This document shows positions 63,786 through 64,000 of a stretch of 64,000 nucleotides of DNA, one piece after another. Numbering within the stretch: the stretch's first letter is position 1; the number at the start of each line of letters is the position of its first letter. Under the pieces are notes generated by a model. The model was not told where the DNA came from, did no database searches, and saw only the letters and a program-made list of their open reading frames with translations. The position numbers and the translations under genes were made by a program. This DNA is from the human T2T-CHM13v2.0 reference genome, Homo sapiens: NCBI RefSeq assembly GCF_009914755.1, contig NC_060932.1. The stretch is one strand, 5' to 3'.

Positions 63786-64000
63786 TGACCCTGAAGTGGG
63801 TCATGTAAAGTAGTGAGCTGCATGTCATTTGGAAGTATCCAACAGATGATGGATGTTACCAGGGACGTGACAGAGGACCTTCCTGTGTATTCAGGTGGGG
63901 CAGACTAGATAGCATCTATGGTCTGCACAAAACAAACATAGGAACTGGCATATGTGTGTGTGTCTATGTGTGCCTATGTGTGTGTTGGACTAGGGGAAGG

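Overview
Primate (very probably human) non-coding genomic DNA. It is Alu-rich (about 28 copies) and carries many old MIR, L2, L1M, HAL1, MaLR/ERVL LTR and hAT/Tigger relics, plus microsatellites. I find no credible protein-coding exon: the listed ORFs come from Alu, low-complexity or GC-rich sequence. The non-repeat signal is regulatory. It comprises a CpG island at ~30.3-30.9 kb with an E2-box/AP-1 cassette and RFX-like boxes, a second promoter-like CpG-rich patch at ~58.6-59.3 kb, many AP-1/ARE sites, and splice/TATA/poly(A) signals compatible with a 3-exon + strand lncRNA (~18.1-26.0 kb). I cannot name the locus and see no evidence of a new multi-gene system. The best leads are the candidate lncRNA, the CpG-island cassette with a Kozak-context 31-codon ORF, and two templated-insertion scars. 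Repeat boundaries and subfamily names are by-eye approximations from recalled consensus sequences.
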